Origin: a virus
Lineage: Duplodnaviria; Heunggongvirae; Uroviricota; Caudoviricetes
Length of the DNA stretch: 7,441 nucleotides
IMG/VR virus record: IMGVR_UViG_2713896784_000023
Reading direction: 5' to 3' (one strand)
Shown here: piece by piece, positions 5,643 through 7,441 of the stretch
Position numbering within the stretch: the stretch's first letter is position 1
How the letters are laid out: each line of letters begins with the position of its first letter
Translations under genes and position numbers: made by a program
The notes under the pieces: generated by a model
The model's input: the letters and a program-made list of their open reading frames with translations, nothing else
The model's database searches: none
What the model was told of the DNA's origin: nothing

Positions 5643-5672
5643 CCCGCACTTAACCTGCTTCGGCGGGTTTTG
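5643..5672 (+). terminator. Putative intrinsic terminator (stem CCCGC / GCGGG, long loop, TTTTGTTGTATT)
   Basis: CCCGC (5643-5647) and GCGGG (5663-5667) followed by a T-rich tract; lies between the convergent small ORF and the antitoxin gene end. Weak stem with long loop. Confidence 0.4.
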
Positions 5673-5685
5673 TTGTATTAGAATA

Positions 5686-6003
5686 TCAGGATATTACCTG
5701 GATCCCGTTTTTCTCGACAACTGAAAGAAGCCGAAGAGCTGCACCTCCCGGGCGTTTCACTCCTCGTTCCCAGTCTGATATCAGGTTTTTACTGACGTTG
5801 AGGTATCTGGCAAAAACAGGTTGAGACAGATGCTCTCGTTCTCGCAGTGCACGGATCCTTTCCGGAGACATTACCGGCGCAGGCTGAAGACAAGTTTCAT
5901 CGAATTCGCGCATAGTTTGTTTTGTGATTGCACCGATATCATGGAGTGACTCCATCATTTCATGTACAGATGCAAGTGCATCACTGCGGTAATTTTTACT
6001 CAT
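5686..6003 (-). CDS. XRE-family HTH antitoxin (HigA-like), 105 aa
   Basis: C-terminal Cro/C1-type HTH (LREREHLSQPVFARYLNVSKNLISDWERGVKRPGGAALRLL) with an N-terminal extension, as in antitoxins partnered with RelE-like toxins; ATG at 6003-6001 overlaps the upstream toxin stop by 8 nt; GGAGG 6 nt upstream. Confidence 0.85.
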   Translation of the reverse strand: MSKNYRSDALASVHEMMESLHDIGAITKQTMREFDETCLQPAPVMSPERIRALREREHLSQPVFARYLNVSKNLISDWERGVKRPGGAALRLLSVVEKNGIQVIS

Positions 6004-6367
6004 TGGGTACCTCCGTGAACTGGCCTTGTTGAATCAATTGTGCCAGCTGTTCATCAGTAAGATTGAGGACATGGGGAGCGGCTTTTCGAAAAGCATTTTC
6101 CTCTATAGCAGTGATATTCTCTCGTTCATTCTTTGCGTATGCGTAGATGAAAAAGGCTTTTTCTGCAACGCGGTAAAAAATTATTGTCCGGTAACCGCCT
6201 GATTTTCCGCCACCACTTCGGGCTAATCTTTGTTTAATGACACCACTACCCAAATTTGCGGATATGATCCCCTTATCGGCCTGCTCCACGATTTTGCGCA
6301 GCGATTTATCGGAAATCCGATGTTTTCGGGCGAAACGTTCAAACCAGGCGTTTTTGAAAATTCGCAT
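5996..6367 (-). CDS. RelE/ParE-superfamily type II toxin (HigB-like, toxin-first operon), 123 aa
   Basis: Motifs FKNAWFERFARKHRI, LGSGVIKQRLAR and GKSGGYRTIIFYR...FIYAYAKNERENI match the RelE-like toxin family that pairs with XRE antitoxins; GAGG Shine-Dalgarno upstream of ATG 6367-6365; orientation opposite to flanking phage genes. Confidence 0.85.
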   Translation of the reverse strand: MRIFKNAWFERFARKHRISDKSLRKIVEQADKGIISANLGSGVIKQRLARSGGGKSGGYRTIIFYRVAEKAFFIYAYAKNERENITAIEENAFRKAAPHVLNLTDEQLAQLIQQGQFTEVPNE

Positions 6368-6420
6368 ACCTGCCTCTGCATTTTATATAACACATAGTGT
6401 TACACCATGTGGACTATGGA
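6368..6420 (-). promoter_or_regulatory. Toxin-antitoxin operon promoter region with operator-like inverted repeat TAACACATAGTGTTA
   Basis: AT-rich region with TATATAAAAT -10-like element on the minus strand just upstream of the toxin Shine-Dalgarno; inverted repeat AACAC...GTGTT at 6388-6402 overlaps it, as expected for antitoxin autoregulation. No convincing -35 found. Confidence 0.4.
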
Positions 6421-6590
6421 GGCAATCTTTATTTGAGAATGCTTGCTGATTTATCGGTGTTCAAAAAATAGACGTAATTCAGATTGTATAAACGGCAGAC
6501 AGAAAAAGTCATTGTTCTTGCGCATAAAATCCTCAGATTTACTGAGTGAAATGCGTCTCTTTTCATGGTTATAGTCCGAGAGAAGCGATA

Positions 6591-6818
6591 ATGCATTTCA
6601 TTTCCTTTACGTCAGGAGGTGTTGTGAAAATCCCAGCCAGTTTGATCCCGGGGTTTTATGAGAGCACGCGCCCGGTTGTTGTTTACAGAAACAGTGATGG
6701 TTCTTTTCAATGTGGTTTTGTTATGCGAAGTAATGAGGTTGTTGTAAGCCTTTCTCTTCTTTCTGAGGTAAGAGAGTTGGCAGGATTACCTGTTGATGAT
6801 ATTCAGAAGCAGCTATAA
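6591..6818 (+). CDS. Hypothetical protein, about 75 aa from ATG 6591 (the track's alternative start at 6546 gives 90 aa)
   Basis: Open frame on the rightward strand after the moron; weak Shine-Dalgarno for either start; sequence ...GGVVKIPASLIPGFYESTRPVVVYRNSDGSF... not confidently assigned to a family. Confidence 0.4.
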   Translation: MHFISFTSGGVVKIPASLIPGFYESTRPVVVYRNSDGSFQCGFVMRSNEVVVSLSLLSEVRELAGLPVDDIQKQL

Positions 6819-6871
6819 AATCAGGCTGACTTGAACCGTCGCTGAGAAACACCGTGCCACCGGAGATCCCG

Positions 6872-7141
6872 ATGGCGCACGATAGCAGATTGCACAATTC
6901 TGCCGCCCTTGCCAGTAGGCAAGGGCGGTGTTCGCACGTATTTAAAACCGACTGGTTCCAGCATCCCCTATGCACTGAAGAACAGGCCGAATGGCTGATC
7001 CAGTGTTACCGCAGGCGCGGATATGAGTTTGAGAAAACCCTCAGCTTCGATCGTCGTCACTGGATAATCTCCGTCAGGCTCCCTTATTCCGAACGCCCAC
7101 CGCGTCCGTCCCGCACATTCCAGCAGCGCATCTGGAGGTAA
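6872..7141 (+). CDS. Hypothetical phage protein, 89 aa (MAHDSRLHNSAALASRQGR...)
   Basis: ATG at 6872 with GGAG at 6862-6865, 6 nt upstream (the track starts at GTG 6854); its stop TAA at 7139-7141 is followed 1 nt later by the next start. Family not recognised. Confidence 0.5.
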   Translation: MAHDSRLHNSAALASRQGRCSHVFKTDWFQHPLCTEEQAEWLIQCYRRRGYEFEKTLSFDRRHWIISVRLPYSERPPRPSRTFQQRIWR

Positions 7142-7142
7142 C

Positions 7143-7441
7143 GTGCGGGTATTACTTCGACCTGTTCTGGTACCGGAACTCGGTCTGGTTATCGTTAAGC
7201 CAGGCCGTGAATCAATGTCAGTATTCCATAACGGCAGAATATTGGTGGAGCCGGAACCGAAAAACATGCGTGGTCTGCCGTCCGGAGTCGTTCCTGCCGT
7301 TCGCCAGCCGCTGGCAGAGGATAAAACATTACTGCCATTTTTCAGCGATGAGCGGGTTATTCGTGCAGCAGGTGGTGCAGGTGCACTGTCTGACTGGTTA
7401 TTACGTCACGTGAAATCCTGCCAGTGGCCACACGGCGATTA
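7143..7441 (+). CDS. Hypothetical phage protein, N-terminal part only (VRVLLRPVLVPELGLVIVKPGRE..., runs off the window end)
   Basis: GTG at 7143 preceded by GGAGG (7133-7137) that overlaps the end of the upstream gene; open to the window end (99 codons); an alternative start is ATG 7215. Not in the ORF track because it is truncated. Family not recognised. Confidence 0.45.
   Translation, partial: MRVLLRPVLVPELGLVIVKPGRESMSVFHNGRILVEPEPKNMRGLPSGVVPAVRQPLAEDKTLLPFFSDERVIRAAGGAGALSDWLLRHVKSCQWPHGD

Larger units (their letters stand above)
1..7441. mobile_element. Lambdoid prophage early region (immunity, replication, nin-like region); no integrase or att site in the window
   Basis: Gene order repressor / Cro-like / CII-position gene / O-like / P-like / ORF6N-type regulator is the canonical lambdoid early-right layout; genes are tightly packed with overlapping stop-start junctions; a reverse-oriented moron sits between rightward genes. 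Confidence 0.8.

Noticed and set aside
6237-6449. Plus-strand ORF 6237-6449
   Set aside because: Antisense to the RelE-like toxin gene and extends into its promoter; no Shine-Dalgarno.
6430-6470. Additional repressor operator copy (TTGAGAA half-site near 6432-6438)
   Set aside because: Only one half-site matches; the partner half at the correct spacing is absent, so likely chance.
6721-7413. ORFs 6721-6975 (minus), 6968-7267 (minus) and 7207-7413 (plus)
   Set aside because: Overlap or lie in alternative frames of the better-supported rightward genes 6591-6818, 6872-7141 and 7143-7441, which have Shine-Dalgarno sequences and stop-start coupling.

Overview
The window reads as the early/immunity, replication and nin-like region of a lambdoid (Qin/CP-933P-type) enterobacterial prophage, with gene calls made by eye from the six-frame track and recalled protein families, not by database search. 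Left to right: three small leftward early genes behind a pL-like promoter; a DicA-like repressor (671-1078, minus) divergent from a Cro-like DicC/YdaS-family gene and a YdaT-like gene; a replication initiator with an N-terminal HTH and DnaT-like C-terminal domain carrying an internal iteron cluster; a lambda-P-like helicase loader overlapping it out of frame; several small hypothetical genes; an ORF6N/Rha-type regulator; then an accessory block (about 5199-6545) holding about 490 bp of highly structured non-coding DNA with a possible small ORF and a reverse-oriented RelE/ParE-like toxin plus XRE antitoxin pair; then further rightward hypothetical genes running off the window. No tRNA, rRNA, CRISPR array, integrase or transposase was recognised. 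Three runs of exactly 50 N (319-368, 3653-3702, 5483-5532) hide sequence inside three features. The most promising candidates for something undescribed are the structured non-coding block with its small ORF next to the toxin-antitoxin moron, and the riboregulator-like leader upstream of the ORF6N gene.
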